From IMG/VR virus record IMGVR_UViG_2718218358_000002: a stretch of DNA of 36,691 nt; one strand, 5' to 3'. Source of the stretch: a virus. Lineage: Duplodnaviria; Heunggongvirae; Uroviricota; Caudoviricetes. This document shows positions 18,941-27,524 of this stretch, one piece after another. Below the pieces are notes generated by a model. The model was not told the origin of the DNA and ran no database searches. It worked only from the letters and a program-made list of their open reading frames with translations. Each line of letters begins with the position of its first letter. Positions within the stretch are counted from its first letter, which is position 1. Both the position numbers and the translations under genes were made by a program.

Positions 18941-20014
18941 TTACTTTCCATTTTTTAATGAATTGATTAACGATGCTATTTGCTCAATGCCATCAAATGT
19001 AGATGGTATCTTATCATCGGATAGCATGATGTTTGAAAATACTACGTCTTCGAATTTTGAAAGCGCTTCCGGATTGTTTTTCCTTATCTCTGAGGAATAG
19101 TCGCTATAACTCTGAATGAACTGACAAAGGCTCTTTCTGAGTTCTATTTGCATAATCTGAGTTCGTAACGATATATGATTTAGCAGTACAACTCTAAAGT
19201 AATACATGAAAATCAATGTAACTGATGCAAAAGGTAGTGCTGACATAAAATATGTGGCAGCATTTGTCGTTTCGAGAGCTGGTAATTTATGCATTCCATA
19301 GTATATCAGCGGGGAGGGAATGATTATAGCCAAGATGATAAGAATTATTCTTGATAGCATGATTTCACTTTCTTTCTTTTTGCCAAGTGAATTAAAGCCT
19401 TCAAACAATCCAACAAAATTAAATGCGACCTCATACCCTTTTAATGACTCTTTGATTGACTCTATTTTGGCATGTTGCTCCTTTAAGAAGGAGTCGCACT
19501 TTTCGAAAAATTGACGCCCTTCGTTTAAACTATCAATGTATTTTTTATATGTGTCAACATTGCTGGAGCTTAAAACTTCTTTAACCATTGCTAATGGCAG
19601 TTCTCTAAGAGAAAAGTCTATCTGTGCTCTGCTCCGCTCATCGAATTCATTATAGTTATACAGAGCAAAATCCTTGATGGTTCTTAGTGGTGAAAAGTGA
19701 GACTCTATTTCCGGAGAGAGAATGCTTGGTTCAATGATAAATCTAAAAAAGCAAGTGAATATAAGGTTGATGCTGTTGTTATCTTCTCCCTTTTCTCTTA
19801 AGAAACTTTTAAAGGTGTCGCCAATCATAGCAATGTTGTACTGGGATTTTTTGTCCCAATCTTCAGGGTTTTCGGAAATGAAGTTTATTGCTTGAGCAAT
19901 TATTTTGTTTCTGCTTGATTCAAAGTTTGTGCCGGGAGTCAGCGTGTTCAAAAAGACCAGATAATCTTTGAACAATTCTTTCATTGTTTCTGACGAGAAA
20001 AAGTAAGTACTCAT
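18941..20014 (-). CDS. Hypothetical membrane-anchored protein, 357 aa from ATG 20014 (cytoplasmic N-domain, two C-proximal TM helices); accessory gene at the S/V (P2 orf30) locus
   Basis: Minus-strand ORF in strongly AT-rich DNA between S and V; two hydrophobic helices (LSRIILIILAIIIPSPLIYYG and ATYFMSALPFASVTLIFMYYFRVVLL); the ORF-track start at 20110 would overlap V, so ATG at 20014 (or 19984) is preferred. Confidence 0.65.
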   Translation of the reverse strand: MSTYFFSSETMKELFKDYLVFLNTLTPGTNFESSRNKIIAQAINFISENPEDWDKKSQYNIAMIGDTFKSFLREKGEDNNSINLIFTCFFRFIIEPSILSPEIESHFSPLRTIKDFALYNYNEFDERSRAQIDFSLRELPLAMVKEVLSSSNVDTYKKYIDSLNEGRQFFEKCDSFLKEQHAKIESIKESLKGYEVAFNFVGLFEGFNSLGKKKESEIMLSRIILIILAIIIPSPLIYYGMHKLPALETTNAATYFMSALPFASVTLIFMYYFRVVLLNHISLRTQIMQIELRKSLCQFIQSYSDYSSEIRKNNPEALSKFEDVVFSNIMLSDDKIPSTFDGIEQIASLINSLKNGK

Positions 20015-20100
20015 AATGGATTTTGTTGTCCCTTGTTGTTCTGTGCACCAGAAATCGTGGTGTGATTTACTTCGAGATTGTACAGAATCATTATTATCGA

Positions 20101-20730
20101 ATGAATGCACAATACAATGAAATTCTTCGCTTTATACGCAATATGATTCGCACTGGCATTATCGTCGAAACCGACCTTAATGCCGGTCGCTGCCGTGTGC
20201 AGACCGGCGGCATGTGCACCGACTGGCTTCAGTGGCTGACCCATCGCGCCGGTCGTTCGCGCACATGGTGGGCACCTTCCGTGGGGGAACAGGTGCTGAT
20301 TCTGGCCGTGGGCGGTGAACTCGACACGGCGTTCGTTCTGCCGGGGATTTATTCCGGCGATAACCCCGCGCCGTCGGCGTCGGCGGATGCCCTGCATATC
20401 CGTTTCCCTGACGGGGCGGTGATTGAGTATGAACCTGAAACCAGTGCACTCACGGTAAGCGGAATTAAAACGGCCAGCGTGACGGCTTCTGATTCTGTTA
20501 CTGCCACGGTGCCGGTGGTCATGGTGAAAGCATCAACCCGCGTCACCCTGGACACACCGGAGGTGGTCTGCACCAACAAGCTGATTACCGGCACGCTGGA
20601 AGTGCAGAAGGGCGGGACGATGCGCGGCAACATTGAACACACCGGCGGTGAACTTTCATCAAACGGGAAGGTACTGCATACCCATAAACACCCCGGCGAC
20701 AGCGGCGGCACAACCGGGAGTCCTCTATGA
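20101..20730 (+). CDS. V: Baseplate spike protein V, 209 aa
   Basis: ATG at 20101 (MNAQYNEIL); size near P2 V. Confidence 0.85.
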   Translation: MNAQYNEILRFIRNMIRTGIIVETDLNAGRCRVQTGGMCTDWLQWLTHRAGRSRTWWAPSVGEQVLILAVGGELDTAFVLPGIYSGDNPAPSASADALHIRFPDGAVIEYEPETSALTVSGIKTASVTASDSVTATVPVVMVKASTRVTLDTPEVVCTNKLITGTLEVQKGGTMRGNIEHTGGELSSNGKVLHTHKHPGDSGGTTGSPL

Positions 20731-21074
20731 CAGCGCGTTATCTCGGAATGAATCGCAGTGATGGCCTGACGGTCACTGACCTTGAGCATATCAGCCAGAG
20801 TATCGGCGATATCCTGCGCACACCGGTCGGCTCACGGGTGATGCGTCGTGATTACGGCTCGTTGCTGGCATCAATGATTGACCAGCCGCAGACCCCGGCG
20901 CTTGAGTTGCAGATTAAGGTCGCCTGTTACATGGCAGTGCTGAAATGGGAACCCCGCGTCACCCTGTCATCCGTCACCACGGCGCGCAGTTTTGACGGGC
21001 GAATGACGGTCACGTTAACCGGTCAGCACAACGACACCGGCCAGCCACTTTCGTTAACCATCCCTGTGAGTTGA
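20727..21074 (+). CDS. W: Baseplate protein W (gp25-like), 115 aa
   Basis: 115 aa as in P2 W; start overlaps V stop. Confidence 0.85.
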   Translation: MTARYLGMNRSDGLTVTDLEHISQSIGDILRTPVGSRVMRRDYGSLLASMIDQPQTPALELQIKVACYMAVLKWEPRVTLSSVTTARSFDGRMTVTLTGQHNDTGQPLSLTIPVS

Positions 21075-21078
21075 AACC

Positions 21079-21987
21079 ATGCCGATTATCGACCTGAACC
21101 AGCTACCCGCACCGGATGTGGTCGAGGAGCTGGACTTTGAAACCATTCTTGCCGAACGCAAGGCGACACTGATTTCCCTTTACCCGGAAGACCAGCAGGA
21201 GGCGGTCGCCCGTACCCTGACGCTTGAATCTGAGCCTCTCGTCAAACTGCTGGAGGAAAATGCTTATCGTGAGCTTATCTGGCGTCAGCGTGTGAATGAG
21301 GCCGCACGGGCGGTGATGCTGGCCTGTGCTGCCGGTAATGACCTTGATGTGATTGGTGCCAATTACAACACCGCGCGCCTGATTATCACCCCGGCAGATG
21401 ATTCGACCCTCCCGCCGACACCGGCCGAGATGGAATCTGACACCGATTATCGTCTGCGTATTCAGCAGGCGTTTGAAGGTTTAAGCGTCGCCGGGTCGGT
21501 GGGGGCCTATCAGTATCATGGTCGAAGTGCCGACGGGCGTGTCGCAGATATCTCTGTCACCAGTCCTTCTCCGGCCTGCGTCACCATCTCTGTGCTGTCA
21601 CGTGAAAATAACGGTGTCGCATCCGAAGACCTGCTGGCGGTGGTGCGTAACGCCCTTAATGGCGAGGACGTCAGGCCGGTAGCCGACCGCGTGACCGTGC
21701 AGTCTGCCGCCATCGTTGAATACCAGATAAACGCCACGCTTTACCTTTACCCTGGTCCCGAAAGCGAACCCATCCGCGCTGCCGCCGTGAAAAAACTGGA
21801 AGCGTACATCACGGCACAGCACCGGCTGGGGCGCGACATCCGTCTGTCTGCCATTTATGCCGCTTTGCATGTGGAAGGCGTGCAGCGTGTCGAACTGGCT
21901 GCACCACTGGCCGACATTGTGCTCAACAGTACGCAGGCGTCTTTCTGTACCGAATACCGCGTCGTGACCGGAGGCTCGGATGAGTGA
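21079..21987 (+). CDS. J: Baseplate protein J, 302 aa
   Basis: 302 aa as in P2 J. Confidence 0.85.
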   Translation: MPIIDLNQLPAPDVVEELDFETILAERKATLISLYPEDQQEAVARTLTLESEPLVKLLEENAYRELIWRQRVNEAARAVMLACAAGNDLDVIGANYNTARLIITPADDSTLPPTPAEMESDTDYRLRIQQAFEGLSVAGSVGAYQYHGRSADGRVADISVTSPSPACVTISVLSRENNGVASEDLLAVVRNALNGEDVRPVADRVTVQSAAIVEYQINATLYLYPGPESEPIRAAAVKKLEAYITAQHRLGRDIRLSAIYAALHVEGVQRVELAAPLADIVLNSTQASFCTEYRVVTGGSDE

Positions 21988-22510
21988 TTCGCGCCTGCTG
22001 CCGACCGGCTCATCACCGCTTGAAGTCGCCGCCGCAAAAGCCTGTGCGGAAATTGAAAAAACGCCGGTCAGTATTCGTGATCTGTGGAACCCGGATACCT
22101 GTCCGGCAAATCTGCTGCCGTGGCTGGCGTGGGCGTTTTCGGTCGACAGGTGGGATGAAAAGTGGCCGGAAGCGACCAAACGCGCCGTTATTCGCGATGC
22201 CTATTTCATCCACTGTCATAAAGGCACTATAGGTGCAATCCTGCGTGTGGTGGAGCCGCTGGGCTATCTCATCAACGTGACGGAGTGGTGGGAAACCAGT
22301 GACCCGCCAGGCACCTTCCGGCTTGATATTGGCGTACTGGAAAGCGGCATCACAGAGGCAATGTATCAGGAAATGGAACGGCTTATTGCTGATGCCAAAC
22401 CTGCAAGCCGTCATCTTATTGGCCTGAACATTACCCGGGATATTCCCGGCTACCTGTTCGCCGGTGGTGTGGCTTACGACGGCGATGTAATTACGGTTTA
22501 CCCCGGATAA
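21980..22510 (+). CDS. I: Baseplate/tail protein I, 176 aa
   Basis: 176 aa as in P2 I. Confidence 0.85.
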   Translation: MSDSRLLPTGSSPLEVAAAKACAEIEKTPVSIRDLWNPDTCPANLLPWLAWAFSVDRWDEKWPEATKRAVIRDAYFIHCHKGTIGAILRVVEPLGYLINVTEWWETSDPPGTFRLDIGVLESGITEAMYQEMERLIADAKPASRHLIGLNITRDIPGYLFAGGVAYDGDVITVYPG

Positions 22511-22520
22511 GTGAGGAATA

Positions 22521-24611
22521 ATGAGCACAAAATTCAAAACCGTTATCACCACTGCCGGTGCAGCAAAGCTGGCAGCGGCAACCGCACCGGGAGGGCGGAA
22601 GGTCAACATTACCACGATGGCCGTCGGGGATGGCGGTGGTAAATTGCCTGTCCCGGATGCCGGACAGACCGGGCTTATCCATGAAGTCTGGCGACATGCG
22701 CTGAACAAAATCAGCCAGGACAAACGAAACAGTAATTATATTATCGCAGAGCTGGTTATTCCGCCGGAGGTGGGCGGTTTCTGGATGCGTGAACTTGGCC
22801 TGTACGATGATGCGGGAACGCTAATTGCCGTGGCGAACATGGCCGAAAGTTATAAGCCAGCCCTTGCCGAAGGCTCAGGGCGTTCGCAGACCTGCCGCAT
22901 GGTCATCATCGTCAGCAGTGTGGCCTCAGTGGAGCTGACCATTGACACCACAACGGTGATGGCAACGCAGGATTACGTTGATGACAAAATTGCAGAACAT
23001 GAACAGTCACGACGTCACCCTGACGCCTCGCTGACCGCAAAAGGTTTTACTCAGTTAAGCAGTGCGACCAACAGCACGTCTGAAACACTGGCTGCAACTC
23101 CGAAAGCGGTTAAGGCCGCATATGACCTTGCTAACGGGAAATATACCGCACAGGACGCTACCACCGCGCGAAAAGGCCTTGTTCAGCTCAGTAGTGCGAC
23201 TAACAGCACGTCTGAAACGCTCGCCGCAACGCCGAAAGCGGTAAAGGCAGCATATGACCTTGCTAACGGGAAATACACTGCACAGGATGCCACAACAGCG
23301 CGAAAAGGCCTTGTTCAGCTCAGTAGCGCCACCAACAGCGATTCTGAAACGCTTGCGGCAACGCCAAAGGCGGTTAAGACAGCATATGACCTTGCTAACG
23401 GGAAATACACTGCACAGGATGCCACCACGGCGCGAAAAGGTCTTGTCCAGCTCAGTAGCGCCACCAACAGTGATTCTGAAACGCAGGCTGCAACGCCAAA
23501 GGCGGTGAAGTCTGCCTATGACAATGCTGAAAAACGTCTTCAGAAAGATCAGAACGGTGCGGATATTCCGGGAAAGGATACCTTCACGAAAAATATCGGT
23601 GCCTGTCGTGCTTATAGCGGCGCTTTGAGCACTGAAGCCGGAAACTGGACAACCGCTCAGTTTATTGAATGGCTGGATTCCCGTGGTGCATTTAATCATC
23701 CGTACTGGATGTGCAAAGGCTCCTGGTCATATGCAAATAACAAAATCATTACGGATACTGGCTGTGGCAATATTCATCTTGCTGGCGCTGTTATTGAGGT
23801 AATGGGCATAAAGTCTGCAATGACTATTCGTATTACCACACCAACAACATCAAGCGGTGGGGGCGCTACAAGCGCGCAATTTACTTATATTAACCACGGG
23901 GACAACTATGCTCCTGGCTGGCGGCGTGACTGGAACCGTTACGGCGATTCTATGTCTGGAACTATTAATCAGGATAGTGGAAGCCAGAATGCCTATATGT
24001 CTACGGCCTTATGTTCCGGCACCAGAGGCGGCAAAAAATATCTCAGAAAGTTTCGTGGTGGAGAAGGAGACACTATCTGGCATGAAACAGTACAGGGCGG
24101 GGTAATTCGCTGGGCGACAGGTAATACTGATGCTCAGGAAGAATTATCACTCAGCTCTGCTTATGGTCTTCGTTCAAGAGGTGAAATTACATCGCTCAGT
24201 GCTAATGGTCTGCGCATTGCTTATGGCAATTATGGATTCTTTATCAGGAATGATGGCGGCAGCACATATTTAATGCTGACGGCCTCTGGCGATAAATTTG
24301 GAACATGGAACGGTTTAAGACCGCTGACTATCAATAACGCCAATGGCGGAGTGTCAATGGGGCATGGCCTGAGTGTTACTGGACGTGTTAACCCATCAGA
24401 TTACGGAAATTTTGATTCCCGCTATGTGAAAGATGTTCGCCTGGGTACGCGTGTTGTTCAGACCATGCAAAAAGGCGTGATGTATGAGAAATCAGGCCAT
24501 GTAATTACAGGGCTTGGCATTGTCGGCGAAGTTGATGGCGATGATCCGGCAGTATTCAGACCAATACAAAAATACATTAATGGCACATGGTATAACGTCG
24601 CACAGGTGTAA
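22521..24611 (+). CDS. H: Tail fiber protein H, 696 aa
   Basis: Position after I; four tandem 44-aa repeats (GLVQLSSATNS(T/D)SETLAATPKAVKAAYDLANGKYTAQDATTARK) typical of tail fibers; C-terminal receptor-binding region looks divergent from P2 H as I remember it. Confidence 0.85.
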   Translation: MSTKFKTVITTAGAAKLAAATAPGGRKVNITTMAVGDGGGKLPVPDAGQTGLIHEVWRHALNKISQDKRNSNYIIAELVIPPEVGGFWMRELGLYDDAGTLIAVANMAESYKPALAEGSGRSQTCRMVIIVSSVASVELTIDTTTVMATQDYVDDKIAEHEQSRRHPDASLTAKGFTQLSSATNSTSETLAATPKAVKAAYDLANGKYTAQDATTARKGLVQLSSATNSTSETLAATPKAVKAAYDLANGKYTAQDATTARKGLVQLSSATNSDSETLAATPKAVKTAYDLANGKYTAQDATTARKGLVQLSSATNSDSETQAATPKAVKSAYDNAEKRLQKDQNGADIPGKDTFTKNIGACRAYSGALSTEAGNWTTAQFIEWLDSRGAFNHPYWMCKGSWSYANNKIITDTGCGNIHLAGAVIEVMGIKSAMTIRITTPTTSSGGGATSAQFTYINHGDNYAPGWRRDWNRYGDSMSGTINQDSGSQNAYMSTALCSGTRGGKKYLRKFRGGEGDTIWHETVQGGVIRWATGNTDAQEELSLSSAYGLRSRGEITSLSANGLRIAYGNYGFFIRNDGGSTYLMLTASGDKFGTWNGLRPLTINNANGGVSMGHGLSVTGRVNPSDYGNFDSRYVKDVRLGTRVVQTMQKGVMYEKSGHVITGLGIVGEVDGDDPAVFRPIQKYINGTWYNVAQV
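23040..23567 (+). repeat. Four tandem 132-bp repeats inside the tail fiber gene
   Basis: Near-identical 132-bp units read directly (for example 23161-23220 versus 23293-23352); they generate the spurious antisense ORFs at 23055-23699. Confidence 0.8.
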
Positions 24612-24614
24612 TTT

Positions 24615-25142
24615 ATGCAGCATTTAAAAAATATTACTGCGGGTAATCCCAAAACTGTTGCCCAATATCAACTGACAAAAAATTTTGATGTTATCTGGTT
24701 ATGGTCTGAAGACGGAAAAAACTGGTATGAGGAAGTAAGTAATTTTCAGGAAGACACGATAAAGATTGTTTACGACGAGAATAATATAATTGTCGGCATC
24801 ACCAGAGATGCTTCAACGCTTAACCCTGAAGGTTTTAGCGTTGTCGAGGTTCCTGATATTACCGCCAACCGACGTGCTGATGACTCAGGTAAATGGATGT
24901 TTAAGGATGGTGCCGTGATTAAGCGGATTTATACGGCAGACGAACAGCAGCAACTGGCAGAATCACAAAAGGCAACTTTACTTTCCGAAGCTGAATCCGT
25001 GATTTTGCCGCTGGAGCGCGCTGTCAGGCTGAATATGGCAACAGATGAGGAGCGCAGCCGACTGGAAGCATGGGAACGCTACAGCGTTCTGGTCAGTCGT
25101 GTGGATCCTGCAAATCCTGAATGGCCGGAAATGCCGCAATAA
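24615..25142 (+). CDS. G: Tail fiber assembly chaperone G, 175 aa
   Basis: 175 aa as in P2 G; immediately after H. Confidence 0.85.
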   Translation: MQHLKNITAGNPKTVAQYQLTKNFDVIWLWSEDGKNWYEEVSNFQEDTIKIVYDENNIIVGITRDASTLNPEGFSVVEVPDITANRRADDSGKWMFKDGAVIKRIYTADEQQQLAESQKATLLSEAESVILPLERAVRLNMATDEERSRLEAWERYSVLVSRVDPANPEWPEMPQ

Positions 25143-25457
25143 GTTGTATGAGCTGACATACCTATAGCACAGAGTAAAGTCTAATCTGACAGTCCGCTCT
25201 GTGCCAAGAGCAGACGCTGGTAATTCGTGCCTAATATACTTCACTTAACTTATATCCCAGCTTTGATACAGATCATACAAATTAAATGCCCCAGTAATTG
25301 GCAGGCTGAGTAACTTAAAACTCCTTAGAATATAGGATGATTTGTATCGGCACTCATTCCACCATGCATTCCGATTAATCCCGCATAGCCAGTTGAACTT
25401 TGCTACTCTGTGAGAGGTAGTACCTTCTATCCAGTGCGGATTTAATTAATGGAATAA

Positions 25458-27461
25458 ATGATTATGAGTGAAAATGATACAACCCCAAAGAAGTCTACAA
25501 GCCAGGTTAACAAAGCGGTATTCTTTACATCTGCTTTGCTAATTTTCCTTCTTGTCGCCTTTGCCGCCGTATTCCCGGATGTCGCCGACAAAAATTTTAA
25601 ACTACTTCAGCAACAAATCTTCACGAATGCCAGCTGGTTCTACATACTTGCTGTGGCCCTGATTTTACTGAGCGTCACGTTCCTTGGACTCTCACGTTAC
25701 GGTGATATAAAGCTGGGCCCAGACCATGCGCAGCCTGATTTCAGCTACCACTCCTGGTTCGCGATGCTTTTTTCGGCAGGGATGGGGATCGGCCTGATGT
25801 TCTTTGGCGTTGCCGAACCTGTGATGCATTATCTTTCGCCACCTGTCGGCACTCCAGAGACCGTTGCGGCAGCGAAGGAAGCCATGCGCCTGACGTTCTT
25901 CCACTGGGGTCTGCACGCATGGGCAATTTATGCCATCGTGGCGCTGATTCTGGCCTTTTTCAGTTACCGTCACGGTCTGCCTTTAACGCTGCGTTCTGCG
26001 CTCTATCCCATTATCGGCGATCGCATTTACGGGCCTATAGGCCACGCGGTTGATATCTTCGCCGTGATAGGCACTGTCTTTGGCGTTGCAACATCGCTGG
26101 GTTACGGTGTATTGCAGGTGAATGCCGGTTTGAACCATCTTTTCGGCGTGCCCATCAATGAAACGGTACAGGTCATTTTGATCGTGGTCATCACGGGGTT
26201 AGCGACGATTTCGGTGGTGTCCGGCCTGGACAAGGGAATACGCATCCTGTCTGAGCTTAATCTGGGCCTGGCGGTGTTGCTCCTGGCGCTGGTCTTGTGC
26301 CTGGGTCCCACTGTGCTTCTGCTGAAGTCATTTGTGGAAAATACGGGTGGTTATCTGTCGGAACTGGTGAGTAAAACGTTCAACCTTTACGCGTATGAAC
26401 CCAAGTCGAGCAACTGGCTGGGGGGCTGGACATTATTATACTGGGGATGGTGGCTTTCATGGTCGCCGTTTGTAGGTATGTTCATTGCACGCGTTTCCCG
26501 CGGCAGGACAATTCGTGAGTTCGTGACTGGCGTGTTGTTTGTTCCCGCCGGCTTTACGCTCATGTGGATGACGGTGTTTGGAAACAGCGCCATCTATCTC
26601 ATCATGAACCAGGGCGCCACTGACCTCGCCAATACCGTTCAGCAGGATGTTGCGCTTGCCCTGTTTAATTTCCTGGAGCATTTCCCGTTCTCTTCCGTGC
26701 TGTCATTCATTGCAATGGCGATGGTCATCGTCTTCTTTGTAACGTCTGCTGATTCGGGGGCAATGGTTGTGGATACTCTGGCATCAGGTGGGGTGGCAAA
26801 CACGCCCGTCTGGCAGCGAATTTTCTGGGCATTGCTCATGGGCGTTGTTGCTATTGCCCTGCTGATCGCAGGGGGGCTGAGTGCGTTGCAAACCGTAACG
26901 ATAGCGAGTGCATTGCCCTTCTCAGTTATCTTATTAATATCCATATACGGACTGTTAAAAGCCCTGCGTCGGGATTTGACCAAGCGTGAAAGCCTTAGCA
27001 TGGCGACTATTGCTCCTACGGCTGCACGTAACCCAATTCCCTGGCAGAGAAGGTTACGCAATATCGCGTATTTGCCGAAGCGCTCTCTTGTGAAACGTTT
27101 TATGGACGACATTATCCAACCCGCCATGACGCTGGTTCAGGAGGAACTTAACAAGCAGGGAACGATAAGCCACATCAGTGACGCCGCCGAGGATCGTATT
27201 CGCCTTGAAGTCGATTTGGGCAACGAGCTGAATTATATATATGAAGTGAGGCTTCGCGGGTATAACTCACCGACCTTCGCGCTCGCTGCGCTGGATAATG
27301 ATGAGCAGCAGAGTGAACAACATCGATATTATCGCGCTGAAGTCTATCTCAAAGAGGGCGGCCAAAATTATGATGTAATGGGCTGGAATCAGGAACAGCT
27401 GATTAATGACATACTGGACCAGTACGAAAAACACCTGCACTTCCTGCATCTGGTTCGTTAA
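25458..27461 (+). CDS. BCCT-family transporter, BetT-like (choline/betaine-type), 667 aa; prophage cargo
   Basis: BCCT signature WTLLYWGWWLSWSPFVG; about 12 TM helices; C-terminal cytoplasmic tail ending QEQLINDILDQYEKHLHFLHLVR, resembling the E. coli BetT tail as I recall it; located in the G-FI variable region. Confidence 0.75.
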   Translation: MIMSENDTTPKKSTSQVNKAVFFTSALLIFLLVAFAAVFPDVADKNFKLLQQQIFTNASWFYILAVALILLSVTFLGLSRYGDIKLGPDHAQPDFSYHSWFAMLFSAGMGIGLMFFGVAEPVMHYLSPPVGTPETVAAAKEAMRLTFFHWGLHAWAIYAIVALILAFFSYRHGLPLTLRSALYPIIGDRIYGPIGHAVDIFAVIGTVFGVATSLGYGVLQVNAGLNHLFGVPINETVQVILIVVITGLATISVVSGLDKGIRILSELNLGLAVLLLALVLCLGPTVLLLKSFVENTGGYLSELVSKTFNLYAYEPKSSNWLGGWTLLYWGWWLSWSPFVGMFIARVSRGRTIREFVTGVLFVPAGFTLMWMTVFGNSAIYLIMNQGATDLANTVQQDVALALFNFLEHFPFSSVLSFIAMAMVIVFFVTSADSGAMVVDTLASGGVANTPVWQRIFWALLMGVVAIALLIAGGLSALQTVTIASALPFSVILLISIYGLLKALRRDLTKRESLSMATIAPTAARNPIPWQRRLRNIAYLPKRSLVKRFMDDIIQPAMTLVQEELNKQGTISHISDAAEDRIRLEVDLGNELNYIYEVRLRGYNSPTFALAALDNDEQQSEQHRYYRAEVYLKEGGQNYDVMGWNQEQLINDILDQYEKHLHFLHLVR

Positions 27462-27468
27462 CAGCAAC

Positions 27469-27497
27469 ATGCCGCCACAGAGGCGGCATTTATTTAT
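27469..27497 (+). terminator. Rho-independent terminator after the BetT-like gene
   Basis: ATGCCGCC-ACAGA-GGCGGCAT 8-bp stem followed by TTATTTAT. Confidence 0.65.
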
Positions 27498-27524
27498 CCC
27501 GGCTGCAATATGAGGGAATGCAGA

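Noticed and set aside
19320-19514. Plus-strand 64-aa ORF inside the S/V cargo gene
   Set aside because: Antisense to the longer, better-supported minus-strand ORF; AT-rich low-complexity translation.
20011-20789. Minus-strand ORFs 20011-20397, 20177-20449 and 20349-20789 over V/W
   Set aside because: Antisense to baseplate genes; would require transcription opposing the late operon.
23055-23699. Minus-strand 214-aa ORF and small plus-strand ORFs within the tail-fiber repeat block
   Set aside because: Produced by the 132-bp tandem repeats, which keep any frame open; translation is itself repetitive; antisense to H.
25692-27470. Minus-strand ORFs within the BetT-like transporter gene and the short ORF 27267-27470
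   Set aside because: Antisense to a transporter gene with intact BCCT signature; no start signals.
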